Positions 21,401 to 35,654 are shown, numbered from the stretch's first letter. The stretch: 35,987 nucleotides of DNA from Klebsormidium nitens (GCA_000708835.1 DF237706.1:1-35987), one strand, 5' to 3'. The notes: a model not told the origin generated them from the sequence alone. Translations and numbers: made by a program.

Positions 21401-22090
21401 GGAGGGTCCAAATGAGCCAGCTTGACATCTCATGCTCAGGCTGCAGCCTGGCACGCATTTTCATTGATTGAAGTACCTGTCGGCAGGTTTGCGATCGGAG
21501 TTGGTGAAGAGTGTAGGCGTCAGCTTGGTCGCTGCCCACCAGAAGTGATTTATACCGAAGGCCAGCAATGGCCGGTATGATTGGCTGGGTAATTATGACT
21601 GACGTTGGGTCCAACAAAACACCCATTCAGCAGAGTAAGTACTGTATCTAGATTCACCATTCGCTGCTGATTGATCTATGAGTGCACCATTGTTGACGCA
21701 CACTTGAGTATGCGAAGCTACTAGAACCAAGTACTGGCGCCCACCTTACCCTAAAGGCTTTGCCTGACAACATGCATACTTATCCAGTGTAGGCTCTCCA
21801 AACACGGCAACTGCAGGCACTGTCATGAGGCCTCCATGTCATGCCTCTCCTTGCTGCGGGTCTGCAAACAGAAAGTATTTCATCCATTACAAACGTAGAA
21901 CCTAGCACATATATGAACGTCGGCAGTTTCTGGCTTCGCACTGAACGACGCACTGAACGACATGAAACATTGTTCGAAACTTCAAGCCGTGCAGGATCTT
22001 GCATGGCTCAAAATAAATACACTGTACCACTTCAAGAGATATGAGGATGCCGTGTTCGTCAAAAATTGAAGAGCTCTTTCGAGCGTCAAC

Positions 22091-25000
22091 TCAAACGGCT
22101 TGGTCGGCGCTCACCTCCGAGATCTTCTTGGCGTATATCGAGACCAGTCTCCGCTGCATGTCTGAGAGCTGCGCTAGATGGGGAATGAGCTCGTTCCCCA
22201 TCGTCATGTACATCTCCACCAGGCACAGCACCACCGCCTGCTCACAGTAACACAGGACTTTGTGTCAGAAAGTTGAGATGTGAAAAGAGCCCCCCCCTTC
22301 CTCCTGACTGGTCATCCTGGACGTCAATCCTAGTTTTGTCTGGAAACAAAATGCTTGCAGGTATTCCTTCATAATACCAACAGAGAACGGGGTGCCCCGA
22401 GGGAAAAGAGGATGTTCGCAGCCCAGTCAACGGGTTTTGAAGAGAAAACGGTAAGCACTGGCGCCGCTGGAAAGCGATTAGAAGGATCTGCTCAAGATTT
22501 AGAACTTCGATGCGTTCGAGGCCGCTTCACCGTTGTGCTCACTGAAGGCCACATGACCTGTCCAGTGCGTGCTCACTTTCCAGCAGCCGAGAGAGACTTC
22601 AGAAACTTGCAAACCACGGCAGACACATTTATTCGCTATGATGACCGAAAAACTGACGGAGCTGGTGCCCAAGCTTACCTTTCGAATGTCGGGGAAGGGG
22701 CTTCCGAATTGCTTGAACAGCTCCGGCAGGATCGACGGCAGATGCGCTTCCAGCTCTTCTGCAGACAGCCGAGCAATAACCTGCAGCAAGGTTACCACGT
22801 TTCGTTACTGCCCGCTCATAGTTTGATTCAAAAGGAACACCGAACGGCCTTTTCTGGTTGCAGTTTAGTTCTCTCCTCAGACCTAACCGCTTCCCGACCG
22901 GCTCCAAAGTCGGCGAATAAGCAAGAAGAAATTGTTTGCTTGGTGTGCTCCGAGGCTGGTCCGTTAGTAGGCTTACCTTCTTGCAGAAAGTTCCTTCGTA
23001 CCAAGTGAGAAGCGCTTGTGGCTCAGCGTCACGAGAGCCCATGACGATAGCTACCACTTCAATGAAAGGAAACTCGTTGCAGGTTATGTTGGACGCTGCC
23101 GAATCCAGCCAAAATATGGTTTTCGGGCTCCAAGTTCCAAACGAAGAGTTCCCTCTCTTCCAGAGTCAATTGATACAATTGAGACCACTAGTTCGGACTC
23201 TGTTCCAAATGCTCGATATTCTGGGGGTATCGCCCACATCAACCGAGGTGAATTTAAGGAATCAATCAGAAACTGGACTATACTGGAAGCAGATGGCATA
23301 CGCCAGTCAATCCTGCTTGAGAAGGTCACGCCCGTGTGATTAAGGGTAAGATACGCACGCACCTTCTGCTTTAAGGAGATGCTCAGGACAATGGTCCGGT
23401 TCTCCGGCGACTGGGACATGGCTTGCAGCAACTGCAACAAACACGAGACGAGCTTTATGCCGCTTTCAAGATCGACTGGGGATGGTCGGGAGCGAGTACC
23501 ACCCCAGCCCTTGCTCAATCTGCTGTGTGTGATCTGTCCTATAGAAGTGGGCGTCAGAGACTCCTTGCGAAAAGACGCGGGTAGAACCATGCACAAGCAG
23601 AGCACATGACAGCCGATATCAGGTACGAGCACCCTGAACCTGTCGGCTTTGGACTACGTCCTGATAGCCAATGACGGGGATGGCGATGGCGATAACCCAT
23701 CCAAACCAGCAGCTAGCCTACGCAGTCCGGATTGGGGAATGGTTAAGGAGTCTTTCATTTTCTTCAGAAAACTCCGGGTAAGAGACCAACACCGGCGCGC
23801 ACCTGCAGGCTGCGCTCGGGGTCGACTTGCGCGAGCACCGCCTCGAGGCAGTTTTCTGCACTCCTGCTGACGCTGGCGGTCCGGCCTCGGTGGACCACCA
23901 CCAGCTTCTCCACCACGCTCACCGCCACGTCATCGGACGCACAGCCCTGTGACCGAGAAGGTCACGTCATCAACCGGCCTGAATTCTATTTTGTTAGATG
24001 CTCATCAACCAGACTGTCATGGTTGTAGCCAGGTCCAACGACCGTTAAACAAGGAGATGGGGGATCGAGCTTTTGTACGTTGGACAAAGCGATCGGCAAG
24101 GACCCAGAAAGAGCTTCAACGAGGCCGTTTTCACGGAGTCTCATCAGATATTTGCACTTCAAAGCAGTGCGTGAAATGTATCAAAAACAAGAGAGAGAAG
24201 ACAGGAACCCCGCAGAACGCAGTGAGAAATCACATAAGGAGACTTGACAACGAAGCCTCCCGTTTGTCCTACAGGCATGTTTTGTTACTAGACCAGAAAA
24301 GCCAAGGAGTTGGATGCTCACGTGTTTGGTCAGCATCTTTTCTAGCATTCTCAACGCCCGCTCCTTCAGATTCGAATCATCGTCGTTCAACGCTTCCAAC
24401 ACGACCTGGTAGAAGTGCCAGTAGTGCTGCAGACAACCCATCCAACAATCAGCGAGGCTGGTCACTAGCAAGTTTGCGGCTTTCGCTCCTATAAGACAGC
24501 ATACAAACTAGGCGTTGAACGCTTCAAGGAAGCCAAAAGACACTGAGGTTTTCCTTCGCGCATGGAGCCGGAAGCAAAGATTGAAGGATGACAAATCAAT
24601 CAGAACAGATGCTCTTTTGTAGCCGCCCCGGCCGCGACAATCACAGCTGCCGACGACTAGGGACTCTGATAATCCGAACGCTTCCTGGCTCGACATGCGA
24701 AAAAACTAGACTGGTGAGCAGCCCCTTACCTTCTCCCAGAGCGCATCATCCCCCATCTTGCACGCCTTCTTCACATCCTTGAGAGCAGCCATCCTCTGAT
24801 TCCGTGTCGGATCAGGGAGCTCCTGGAAAGGCGTGAAATGTCCAGATGAGAGCCATCAATCTCAGATCTGTCGGGCATGCCAGCAAGCTCTTTTTTGACA
24901 AGCAGATTGAGTTGGTTATCAGGCCCATCAGTGTAGATGTACGTCTCACTTTTCGGCAACAATACGTTAAAGGGACGAGCGCACAGACAGACTTACGCAC

Positions 25001-28000
25001 CGCCCATAAAGGACAATGATGTTGCTCTTAGCCGGTTGCATTCCACCTCCATATCCTAAAACTGAGTTGGACCGACAAACCGTTTGCAGAAGTTACGACT
25101 AATCTGCTTACCTGGAAGACTTTTCCATGCAGCCCGGCCCCGCCTAACCCCTCCGCTTCCGTCCACCCATTATCACTCCCGCTATCCGAGTCAAAGCTGT
25201 CCAGCCGATGCACCGCCACCCCGTTGCCCAGCACAGTTACGGCGCCTTCCGGTTTTCTCGCGTTATCTGTACCCCCCTTTGGCGGGGTCTTCACCGGTGT
25301 GCCTTTTCTGACAGGGGCTTCCGGTCGAACCACCGGCGCACCCCCCCCCTCGATCGCCTCAGCCGAAACCCCCCTGGCCAGTTTTTCCAGCGGCGAGGGT
25401 TCCGCCTGCCGCTTCGGCGTTCCTTGTGGCACCCGTTTCGCAGGGGAAACAACTTTTGCAACCTCGCCGGGGGGCGGAAGTTTCGTGGCGTTCCCCACGT
25501 TCGGATCGTTGGCCGGACGAATCGACGGTCGGGTCTGCTTTGCGGGGCTGTTCGAATCAACTGCGGGCGGCTCCCCCGAGGAGCCTGCAACGTCCTTCGC
25601 AGCACCGGATAACGACTTTCGCCGTTCGGAAAACATTTCGGCGTAGCCTTTCGGTCGCCCGGCAGACGCTTCGCTTGGATTCGACGTCGATACAGCTTGC
25701 TGGTCCGAACCACTCAGCCGCCGCTGCAACTCCGCCAGCGCCCGCTCGTCCGCCTCCGCAAGTTGATCCTCAACACTTTCTAAGGTTCCCCCAGTAGGCT
25801 TCCCGGCAGAGCGCACCCCTAGAGCTTCCGGCGGGACGGCCAGAGCTTTTCGGGCCTCGACTTCGACCCACTGCTTGACGCGCTTTTCCCTTGCGGTCTG
25901 CTCAGAGTGCGAGTCGTCCACAATTTCGGGCTCCGAGTCGGACTCCGGGGCGGCCGGAGGAACGTCCTCTTCCTGCCGAGAACGCTGTGATGCTGCTCGT
26001 GGCGCTCTGGCAGCTGGCAGATCTGGAAGCGAGGAGAAAAAGTAGACGTCGTCGAAATGTGTGATTGTTGAGACACGAGAATGGTTAAAAGACGGCTCAC
26101 AATCGAACGCTTCTGCAAACTCGTTCCTTGACGCAGTGTGCAGCTTACCAAACAGACAAGATCGAATCCAGTCCTTCACCTCAGGGTTGCCCAAAGGGTT
26201 TGCTTCTGTGACTTAGGTCACCAAGATAAGTATTAGCGGAACGCAGCGGCCTTACTTTCCGTTCTCTTTCTCAAACCATGTACATACGATTATGTCAAAA
26301 AGCTCACGAAAAGCTCCAACAACCTCTCGTCAACAAACAAAGCCCCTTAGCAATCAAACATACTCTACCCTCTACATGCAACTTGTAGACAGAAGCGGTC
26401 AGACCACCAAATAGGGTCAAACAGAGCAATCTAACCTACTCTGCTTCAACAAGCTCGCCTCACCTGTTTGCACGGGCGCCCCGTTCGACGGAACCACCTT
26501 GTATCGTTTCTTGCTCAGAGCCTGAATCTGGTTGTAGTCCTCGTCGATCCGCGGGGTGTACTTCTTCAACAAATGTCGCAGCGCCACCTGCTCCTCGATA
26601 GGCAAGCCCAACACGAGGGTGAGCACCGCGTTCGAGTCCAGGTGCTCGTACACCGAAACCAGCGCCTTCGCACCAGCCTGCAACCAACAAAAAGATCAGT
26701 GCATCTCGAACTCCGAATTATTGCCACAGCTTTGCAAACGAGCAACAACTTCAACCCCTACCGTCATGTATCCAGAAGACGCAGATAAAGCCGGCCTCCA
26801 TGCCGTTCGAATCGTACCAAAACGCAATGGAGACGAGCAGTAGCACATAGTCAATGGCTATGCTTTCTTGCGCAACCGCATCTGAACCAGCCTTCAATCA
26901 TATGGACTTGAAAACCCCAGACCGTGCACAGCCAGTAAACACTCCATCTAGTATTTACCCCCGAGCTTACCTCTTTCGCTTTCGCAATCTTCTCGGTAGT
27001 CAATGCCGCCAGCCTAGCCAGCCAATGCTTGAGCACTGTCGGGTTAACCCAGGTCCCCTCCCCTGACCCTGGAGGCGGCTTCAGCAACGCGGTGGCTGCA
27101 TACTCCGCAACCGCTGCCTTTGCTTTGACGGACCGCTGCTCGTCGAGCGACCGAATGAGGGGCTGCAACAGGACGTCGCCCGTGTAAACCTCCTGGCAAG
27201 CCTGCAGGACAGGATAAAGCTGCAGTTATCAGCTTCTCTGGCTTGACTTTCTTTGTTGAAGGCCGAAGCTGACTGGAGTTTGTAATTGGAGGCTGAAGTT
27301 CAGATTTATGGGTGATTGGAGTTGTTCGGTAGAGTGTGACCATTGCGCCACTACGACTAAAGAGAGAAGCATGGAAGTCTGAGTCAAAGCCACGAAGAGT
27401 CGGTGCCACGCTCTTCCAAACTGCGCAAAGATCTCTACAGTAGGAAAGCAGAGTATCTGCAACACCATAGATGGTTTGGACACGGACGCTTTGAACGAAG
27501 ATGGATGCACCGTACGTTTGAACGATACTCAACCTCAAAGAAGGAAAATAATCGACCTCTAACAACAACACCGCTCTAACTTTTCAGCTACACCGCATAA
27601 GTAAGGTGCTGAGATGCTAGCATTATGGAACATCAACCAAGCGCGCACATCTTTCTCCTAGCCTGCAAACCTCGGGCCTACTTGGTCCTTACGGTACTAC
27701 GAGTTGCAACGAACCCTTATCAGGACTCACATCGAGCACGCGAGCGGCCGCCTGCCTGATGTTGTCCTTGGTGTCAATCAAGCGCCCAGAAACGAGAGGG
27801 AGAACGCGCTCCAAGTACCCCTCAAACAGCCGGCAGCAGCTGGGGGTCTTGATGACTTCCGCCAGGGATGACAGCGCGGCGGCCGCGACCTGGAAGGGAG
27901 ACGCGGGTCACTTAGGTCCTGCCACCGACTTCTTGTAGTCGAAAAATAGAAACTTCAGTCAGTTTTCGGGGTGTGCGGTGCTCATTACAAACGTAAAATG

Positions 28001-31000
28001 TTCCTTTTTCTGCCCGTCAGAGATTCCTGCTCGGTAAAGGGCACAAGTGGGGTGCAGGATGCGAACTCAACGCGGTTCGTGGTTACAACCACAACTTCAG
28101 CTGGCGTCCAACAAGAGACTTTCTTGGATTGCATGTACCGTACGACCAAGGTATGATTCCGAATAAATAAATAATTATTTGCATTCGGAAAGTTGGAAAC
28201 TCCGAATAAGCAGTCGGATTCTGCTTTTTCGGAAAGCAAAAATAATTGCTAAACCTCAATTCGGAAAGTATGTCCAAGGCCGTATGAGTATCCGGTACGT
28301 ACCTTTTAACGCATCAGACCATGAAAACATAGGTACCGGGGTACTCTTGGCAGATTCGGATTTAGGGTCGGAAAGTGGAAAATAATACACGATTTGGGCT
28401 CGCATTCGCCAAAATAATTGCCTTTTTTGAGCATTCGGAATCATACCTTGGTCGTACGGTAGTCGTTTCCAAAGCAACCCAGCGACAAACAAAATCGTGA
28501 TAGACAATTTGCTGAACTTTGAAAGCCGACATCCTCAGATTGAATAGAACAGCGTAGGCAAGGCTCACCTTGTGGTGCTGCTCGCCCAGGTGCGCTAAAT
28601 ACAGCCCCATGACCTTCTTGAAGCATGCCGCCACCTCGCTCCCGCTCTCGTCTTGCTGCAGTGACGTCACCACCGCCTGGAACGCCTGCACCCGGTTGGT
28701 CCACGTGCCCTCCGGGTCGGCGCCTGAGGCCAACGCCTCCGACAGCGGGACCGGTTCCGAGAACGCCCACACGTCGCCAAACACGTCATCCTGCTCGCTA
28801 CTGCGGCTCTGCTGACGCGAGACGCTGACGTCCTCCCAGCTGGAGGGCGGTCTCGACGACCCGCTGCTGGCCGACGTGGCGCTGGTCCGGGGTTGCGGCC
28901 GGGACGCCTTGGCGGGGGGCGGGTTCTCCTGCTTGGATGGACCCCCCGGAGTGAGGGGCGGCAACTGTGGCTGCGCAGGGAGCCGCCTGGCGCCCATCTG
29001 TCGAGCGGGTTCCGGGTTCCGATTTGTTGGCGCATCGTCAGACTGAACGGACTCGGTCTCCGAATCTCGCTCACTCTGGGAGGCCCTCTGAGGCACTCTC
29101 CTGGCTGCCATGTGCCCCCCTCCAAGGACGTGGCCCCCGAGTCGCGAGTGCGGGGTTGACGGTCCAAGCAACGAAGGATCGTCCGACACGTGTCCATCTC
29201 TGGGGGGCCCTCTACCACCCGCATCGACCCTCATCGGGCCACTCAACCCGTGCCCGCGCGGCCCCCGCGCTTTGTGAACGTCGAGGAGATCTTCCGCGCT
29301 CGCTGACTTCAGCATCCCCGTAAGTGACCTCAGCGGGTCGTTCGACGGCTGCCCCTCTTTTCTCTGCGTGCTGTACGGCCCGGGCCCCGCTCTTTCCGCT
29401 ATTCTTCTTTGCATCCCGGCAGCATATCCCCCCGCATCCCCTTCCTTTTCGGAGGCCGCAATCAGGTTAGCTGGATTCGATGCTGTTCTCAAAGGAGGGT
29501 CCTTCAGCACGGAAGCCGGAGTCCCTACCGGCTCACGGGGCGTAGCCTCCCTCGAAGACGCTTCTCTGGACCCCGCTCCGCTTGGTGGTCTGAAAAGGCT
29601 TGGTTTGTCTTTCCCTGGCGGGGAACGAGGCGTCGGGCCGGCTCTTTGCTCCTCTTGTAGCAACTGCACACCACGAGAGGATGCTTACGTTGGCAATCTG
29701 CACGCGAAGCTGGAAAGGCCAACTGCTGCCTGAGTACCTCCTCCTCCGATCCGATCGGCGGGCATCTGACAAAAGCGCGGCAACGAATCTAGCTCGAAGC
29801 TATCGCCACTCGAAGAAACGGAATGGCCTTGTAAGGGGTTCCCTGAGATGCCTCCCGCTCGATGCAGATGGTGTGCAGCTTTTCTTTGATACAGACAACG
29901 TTGTCCTTAGACCGCCAGGGTTGAGGAGACGGCTCACCTTTTGTGTAGAGCTGTCGAGACTCGAGAAGAGTCGCCGCGCCCGGTCTGGCCACACGAGGGC
30001 GAAGACCTGGTAGCACTGTCTGGCAATGGCACGGACCTGGCCAGAGAACGGGCGATGAGTAACAGCATCTGTGTTTTGCCAGAGACTTCAAGAAAAAGAT
30101 ACTCAAGCTTAATGGAATCTAACAGCCTTTAAATTACTCCACACCGTTGCTGGTCCTTTCCAAGAATCTGAAGACCATCTAGAGTCGCGCACGCAACGGC
30201 CTGCCGCTGAACAGACAGCTCGTTGAGTTCACTGACAGAAGAGGCCAGCCCGCTCGTACCTCGCTGAGGGCGTCGCCTACGCAGCACCGGATCATGTCCT
30301 CGAACAGCTGCCCCGTCTTCTGAATCTCTGGAGCCTCCCGCCACTGATCCAGAATAAGCAGAGCGTATCCGCAGCACCTGCAAGGATCGCGCAAGAGAGG
30401 CTCGTTATTCTGTTACTGAACTCTTTTTGCAGCACACTGTCCTGAATGTAGGTGCAAGTTTTCGAAAATGCAAGCGACCAGAAGCGACCGGAGCCCTTCT
30501 GTCCTGTAAGAGTATCGTGCCTTGTCCTCTGATGATATCGTGCCTTTCTCCTAGTCAGCAACGCTTCCTAACCTCCGCTGTTGCGAGCAACCTTTCAACC
30601 ATATAGGCTCAATGTTAAAGTCCCCGATGCAGGTCTCGAAGCTGTTGGTTTTCTTAAGTTCACACTCTACGTCACACGCAGAGGCCCTTGTCTCGATATC
30701 CTTCGACTATTGCAACACTTGGTCAGAACAAATCTGTGACAAAAACCAGCAAATGGCCGTCTACAACGATAGAGCGGGTCGAGCCCAGAAGGTTCTTCTT
30801 ACTTGGTGCGCAGTACGCCCGCTCGATCCCGCATCGCAGTGTCGATCATCTTGGGCAGGATGCGAGCACACCGGCAGAAATACAAAAGCTGCAAGGAAGG
30901 CACCCGATAATAGCAAACCAGCGTCATTAGAAGACCGGAGCGAGTGAAATATACGCCTTATGGAGCAGCGCTTTCCAACGTGTAGATGAAGAAACCGGAT

Positions 31001-34000
31001 GGTCAAGTATGAGCAAGGATAGGCATGCAAAATCATCGCCACTGAAAACCTTCCTTGAATTAGTCACAGGCAGTGAATGGTCGTTTGTGCGGCTTAAGCT
31101 CCCCTGTGCTTCACAACAAGAGGGGATGCAAACGCCGAGAAACATTCGCCAAGAAGGTGAGCTTCTAGAAAATTCAGGAGCACGTTTACTTTTGCGGAAA
31201 AGAACCGCTGCGAAGCAAGGGACCGCTTGTAGAAGCGTACTCGAACTATGGGCAAGGAAATGCGTCAGAAGCTTACGGTCTTGATGCAGCTGTCCGCCGA
31301 CTCAGCAATGATCAGGACCGTTATGACCACGAGCTTGAACAAGCTCTGCAGAAGAAAGGTAAATTTCAGAGGCAGGTTCTTAGAGATGTTGCCACAATCA
31401 ACAAGCAGACGCTGACTGAAGGCTCTTCAGACTTGAGTCCTTCCCGTCGTCTCTTAGACTAAGATGGTTTCGAGCTGCCAGCTGGCAAGCCAGAGAGTCT
31501 CCACTCTGACCAACAACGAAACCAAGACAAGGTTCTTTTAAAACATTCCCTCTTTTTCCGACGGCGGTCTCCGTGACAATAACCGACGAACCACAGTTGC
31601 ACATAAGAACTCATCCGCCCAGCAGAAGGTTGAGAACTACCAACCCTCACCGGCATGAAGTGCTCTGCGCTCGACTCGAAATCGAGGTGCATCTCCTGCG
31701 CCAGCAGCATCAGCAGATGACAGGCCAGCTTGACGATGCTGGACCGCCGGTCCGCCAGCTGCGTGTCGAGGGGCTCCCACAGCTGCTTCAGCAGGGACGG
31801 AAACGACTCCAGCTCCGCAGCGCCTGTAAACGGGTTAAATGCATCAGGTAATGGGTGGACCAACTGCTTTGCTTTCAGAAGAGAAGGCATAGGGGAGAAA
31901 GCACAGGCGACTTGAGAGACACAGTCAAATACACCTTTGACCATGCAAATCGGCCGTAGTGCCCTGATGTTGCTACCACCGTTCTTTCAGGAATGTTCGA
32001 TACTACTAAAACCGCGGGCCACGATCCACTTGTTGGAACCTGATCAGAAGCGATCCGACTAGGGAGCTTGTCCCAACCTTGAATCACGACACCCCTAGAT
32101 CCCGCAGGTCCATCATGACGGCCAATTGCCACCTTGTATCGAGCTACTTGGCTCCACCCTTGGCTCCACCAAATATCATAAACGCAGATCAGCCAGGTAA
32201 GTAATTCGAAAGGGGTAGTTGTTTAAGTCCGACATCAGAGGAAGCATCAGAGATATTCTATCCTGCGGAATATTATGCTGGGTCTCGCCTCGCACTCTTC
32301 AGGACTTGCCGCTCCTCACCTCCCAGAACCAAGCCACACAGCCTCTGCATAGCGGTCATGCGAGCGCTCCAATCCTTTTCGGGCACCAGGATCGTCGCCG
32401 CTTTCTCAATTTCCTTGGCCAGCTCCTTCTCCGAGTAGATCTTGATTGGAGTGACAGGCTTTTCGCATGTGGCGGCCAGGTATCGAGCCACGTCGTCGTC
32501 AGTGAGGCCTGCGATTGATTGGCAATTGTTTGATGGACCGACTTGAGGCTTCCGATGACAGTCAGCAACAAAATTTTCACAACTGCACGATTTTCATACG
32601 AACAAGCGATACACGCAGGCTCGAAGCAATCCTGTTGGGAATCGTTTCTTTGCTGATTGCCAGCATTGACTGGCTCAAATCAGCATCAAACAAAATCCGT
32701 GCAGTGACTGGCCTTTCGCAAAAGCAACCGTGTACCTCTTCCAGATGTTGAGGCCGACTTTGCTGACTCCGTCCTCGGGCCAGTGCCGAAAACCAGCGTC
32801 CTTTGAACCCCGTTCGTTTGGCTGGGACCATGCGATTCGGCTGTCGGTGCCCTTTTGGACGGGCTCTGATGCCTGCCGGCAGTGGCGGGGGCGGTCGCTG
32901 CTCGTTGAAGTGGCTTTGTTGCGATGGAGACGGAGGGAGGAGGTTTGATCTGCTCGAGTCGTCCAGTGATATCCTTCAACTGCAGAAAGATATCTGGCAG
33001 CTTCGCAGGTCGCTTGCATTCAAATTCTTTGATTTCATTCTGCATCAAAAGCATGGCACCGCTGCATAGCTGGAGGCGATTCTGAGATGTCAAGGTCAAG
33101 TCAGATGAGAACCGTTCTTTGAAAAACGTCTGAAAGCCGTTCAGAGCCGCTGTTCGAAAAGCTGCTGGTTTGAATCCCAAGTTGAGTCGGTTTTGCAAGA
33201 AGGCACAATCAGCTTCCTTGACATGATCAGAAAGATCGGTAAAGCCAGCGTTCCTTTTCCACAACACTTAGCTTCTTTAACGTCCCCCTCGAGAGAACGG
33301 CCTTTTCAGTCTGAGCTCCAGAACGAAAAAGATACCTGGGCTGGTCGGATGGAGAATCTCTGCAGCTCACTCAGCAGCGGCCCCCCCATGTGCCGGAACA
33401 GCTCCTGACAAAGGGACAAAGTGTTGACTTTGAGTAGGTGCAGCTAGAGTACACTGCAAATTCATTGGAAAGAATTGAATCAACATCAGCTGCCAGTTCA
33501 CCTGCACCTCTAAGGTAACGCATCAGGGGACAACAAGCACCACAAGTCGAAGGGGAGAGCATTGCAAGCTTTGGGCTGAGTGTGGCTGTACCTCTATGCA
33601 TGCCATAGACGCTTCTCGGACACCACTGTTTGAGTCTTCAAGTAGCTTGAGAACCTGCAACACCAATCAATACAATTTTCAGACTTGGCACCAATCTATG
33701 GGATACAAAGCTGGTCATCTGCCAGCAAAGCTCGCTCCTTTGGAAGTACCATTCGGGTCGTTGATAGCTTTCATTAGGACAATAGCCGAGCGCCAGCTGC
33801 TGTAGGAACACATGCCCCGACAATTGATTCTATGCTTGCACAAGGGGCATGCAATGCAACCGTCCACGTCGGAGGTCAGCTTCATCAAACTAACAGATTC
33901 CAGGACCGCTTATGACACTAAGACGGAGACGCTGAGCAGCCTCACCGACGGAAGGATCAGCTTGTGCACTGGCAGTTTTGAGAGTCCAAACAAGCTCAGA

Positions 34001-34970
34001 GCAGCGGCGCATGTCCTGGTGAACTCCTCCTTGACCCTCCAGTTCTTGTGCCCCCAGGCAGAGTCACCGATCTTGTCGAATATCAGGACGGGAGTAAGTG
34101 CCTGAAGACAGAAGAGAAGCAAAATCTGACAATCGAATCAAAATCTTGACTTCTTAGATAGTTGGGGACCACAAAAAAGCAGCAAAAGAAGCTTTCATAA
34201 GAAGGGAGTGCATCACGGGCTTCAACTTGAGCACAGGTTGCTGCAACAAGACAATCTTCTGCCAGGTTTTACGGGTGTGAGGAACGACGCTCAAGCACGA
34301 ACGCGATATCAGAGGAGCTCAAAAAAGGTGTACTTTCTACGCGCAGCTGCATTCAACAAGTGTTTGCACGCGTCTGTGTGACTGTGGTGAGACTTGCAGA
34401 CAGTCAACAGGGTCCGCTCTGCAAAAGCCAAGCGTTTCAGTCCTGCGCTAATTTGTGAGAATAGGAACTACTGATGGTCACAACGTTGTCAATCTGCAGG
34501 TTATAGCCCCATCACCTCAGGTAATATGATGCGGCCACCATAGTACCTGAAGGGAAGGAGCTTCACAGAACTTGGAGTACTTCTGAAACAACATTCGAAT
34601 GATCACTCAGACTCCAAAACTTCCACAGAGAGGGTTCATTAAGAGTCACCTCCATCAAGGCCAGCAGGAGTCGTCTCCCGGCCTCCCTCACAGGCTGCTT
34701 CCCATCGCCTAGTCTCTCAATAACTCCGGGCAGAAGCGCATTAAGCTGGTGCTTGAAGTGCTCTCCTGAGCTAGGAACCGCTTTTGTCAGAACGAGCAGG
34801 ATTCCATGGCAGACTTTGAAATTGTTGTCCTTCAGCAGGTCTAATGAAATGTCTGTCAACTCTGTAACCTCTCCTAAATCCAGGTGTTCCACCAGGTTCT
34901 GAGCCTTTGAAAGAGCTTGAAGACGGACCATGATGTCCTTGGAACGCAGCAAAGTAAAGCACTCTTCCAT
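22091..34970 (-). CDS. CLASP: CLIP-associated protein (CLASP), TOG/HEAT-repeat microtubule regulator, about 1618 aa, 22 exons
   Basis: Exons (minus) 34970-34650, 34101-33946, 33654-33592, 33404-33336, 32979-32736, 32508-32320, 31823-31651, 31345-31277, 30888-30803, 30377-30260, 30036-29938, 29663-28569, 27889-27731, 27201-26971, 26677-26464, 26022-25112, 24822-24730, 24426-24322, 23946-23803, 23431-23363, 22780-22679, 22237-22091. Plant CLASP motifs LLKDNNFKV, ERLGDGKQPVR, HKNWRVKEEF, PIKIYSEKEL, EKDWSARM, QLADRRSSIVK, LFKLVVITVLIIAESAD, WPDRARRLF, VVLCLVEMY, RLVSIYA. Confidence 0.95.
28138..28459. mobile_element. 322-bp non-autonomous MITE, Tc1/mariner-type (TA TSD), in CLASP intron 12
   Basis: Perfect 27-bp TIRs CCGTACGACCAAGGTATGATTCCGAAT / ATTCGGAATCATACCTTGGTCGTACGG flanked by TA (28136-37, 28460-61). 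AT-rich interior with repeated TTCGGAA/TCCGAA motifs; no transposase ORF. Confidence 0.9.
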
Positions 34971-35654
34971 TTTGGATGTTCTCGCTATTCACAAAACGTC
35001 ATCCAGGTTAGCTGGAGCCGTCCCCTGACTAGAAGGAGAACCCAAATACGAGGCCTACTTTCAAAGAATCTAGATACATTGCGATCAAGGTACGGTAGTG
35101 CACCACAGCCCACTCCAGCTGAAATCTGCCTAGCTGATGCCAATCCTCAGTAGCACTGAGCACCCAAAAGCACCCTCATGATCATGCCAACGCCAATGCA
35201 TCGGCGCCTCGATCCAGTCCTTGAGGCTTGCTTGCTGCTCTGAACTTGCACTCAGACTCAGACTCGGTCAGAGTCTCGGACTGAGTGCACATTTCAAATG
35301 TTTGGATTGTGGTAATAGGCGCCAACCCAACACAAGCAGCCAGCCCGGGGTCTTTCGACCGGGCTCGAACACCGGCCAGTTTGTTCCCGTAGCCCACCCT
35401 AGCCGGGCGTAGGCCTTCCGAGTACAGGGTGTCTTCAATCTTGTATGCCGGCCGGAGATTGGAATAGCCGGTGCACTCCTCCAGCGAGAAAATTGCCCGG
35501 GAGGCTAGTGCCCTTCTCGTCTGAATGAATCTAGTCCGCTCAACTTGTCATCTAGACGGTCAGATTCGTACTTGAGCCAGTTACCACTAATACCATAAAG
35601 ACGGGCCGTTCTTGGATAAGCCGTGTCTAGTTTCAGAATGCATATAGTTGCATT

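Noticed and set aside
25084-25797. Several + and - ORFs over CLASP exon 16 (similarly 28441-29733 over exon 12)
   Set aside because: Antisense or alternate-frame shadows of GC-rich CLASP linker exons.
35091-35101. TACGGTAGTGC matching the window-start MITE junction
   Set aside because: Only 11 nt; the sequence upstream does not match the TIR and no partner end was found.
35182-35547. 121-codon stop-free minus frame upstream of CLASP
   Set aside because: No 5' ATG, no recognisable motif and no upstream exon; probably promoter/5' UTR sequence.
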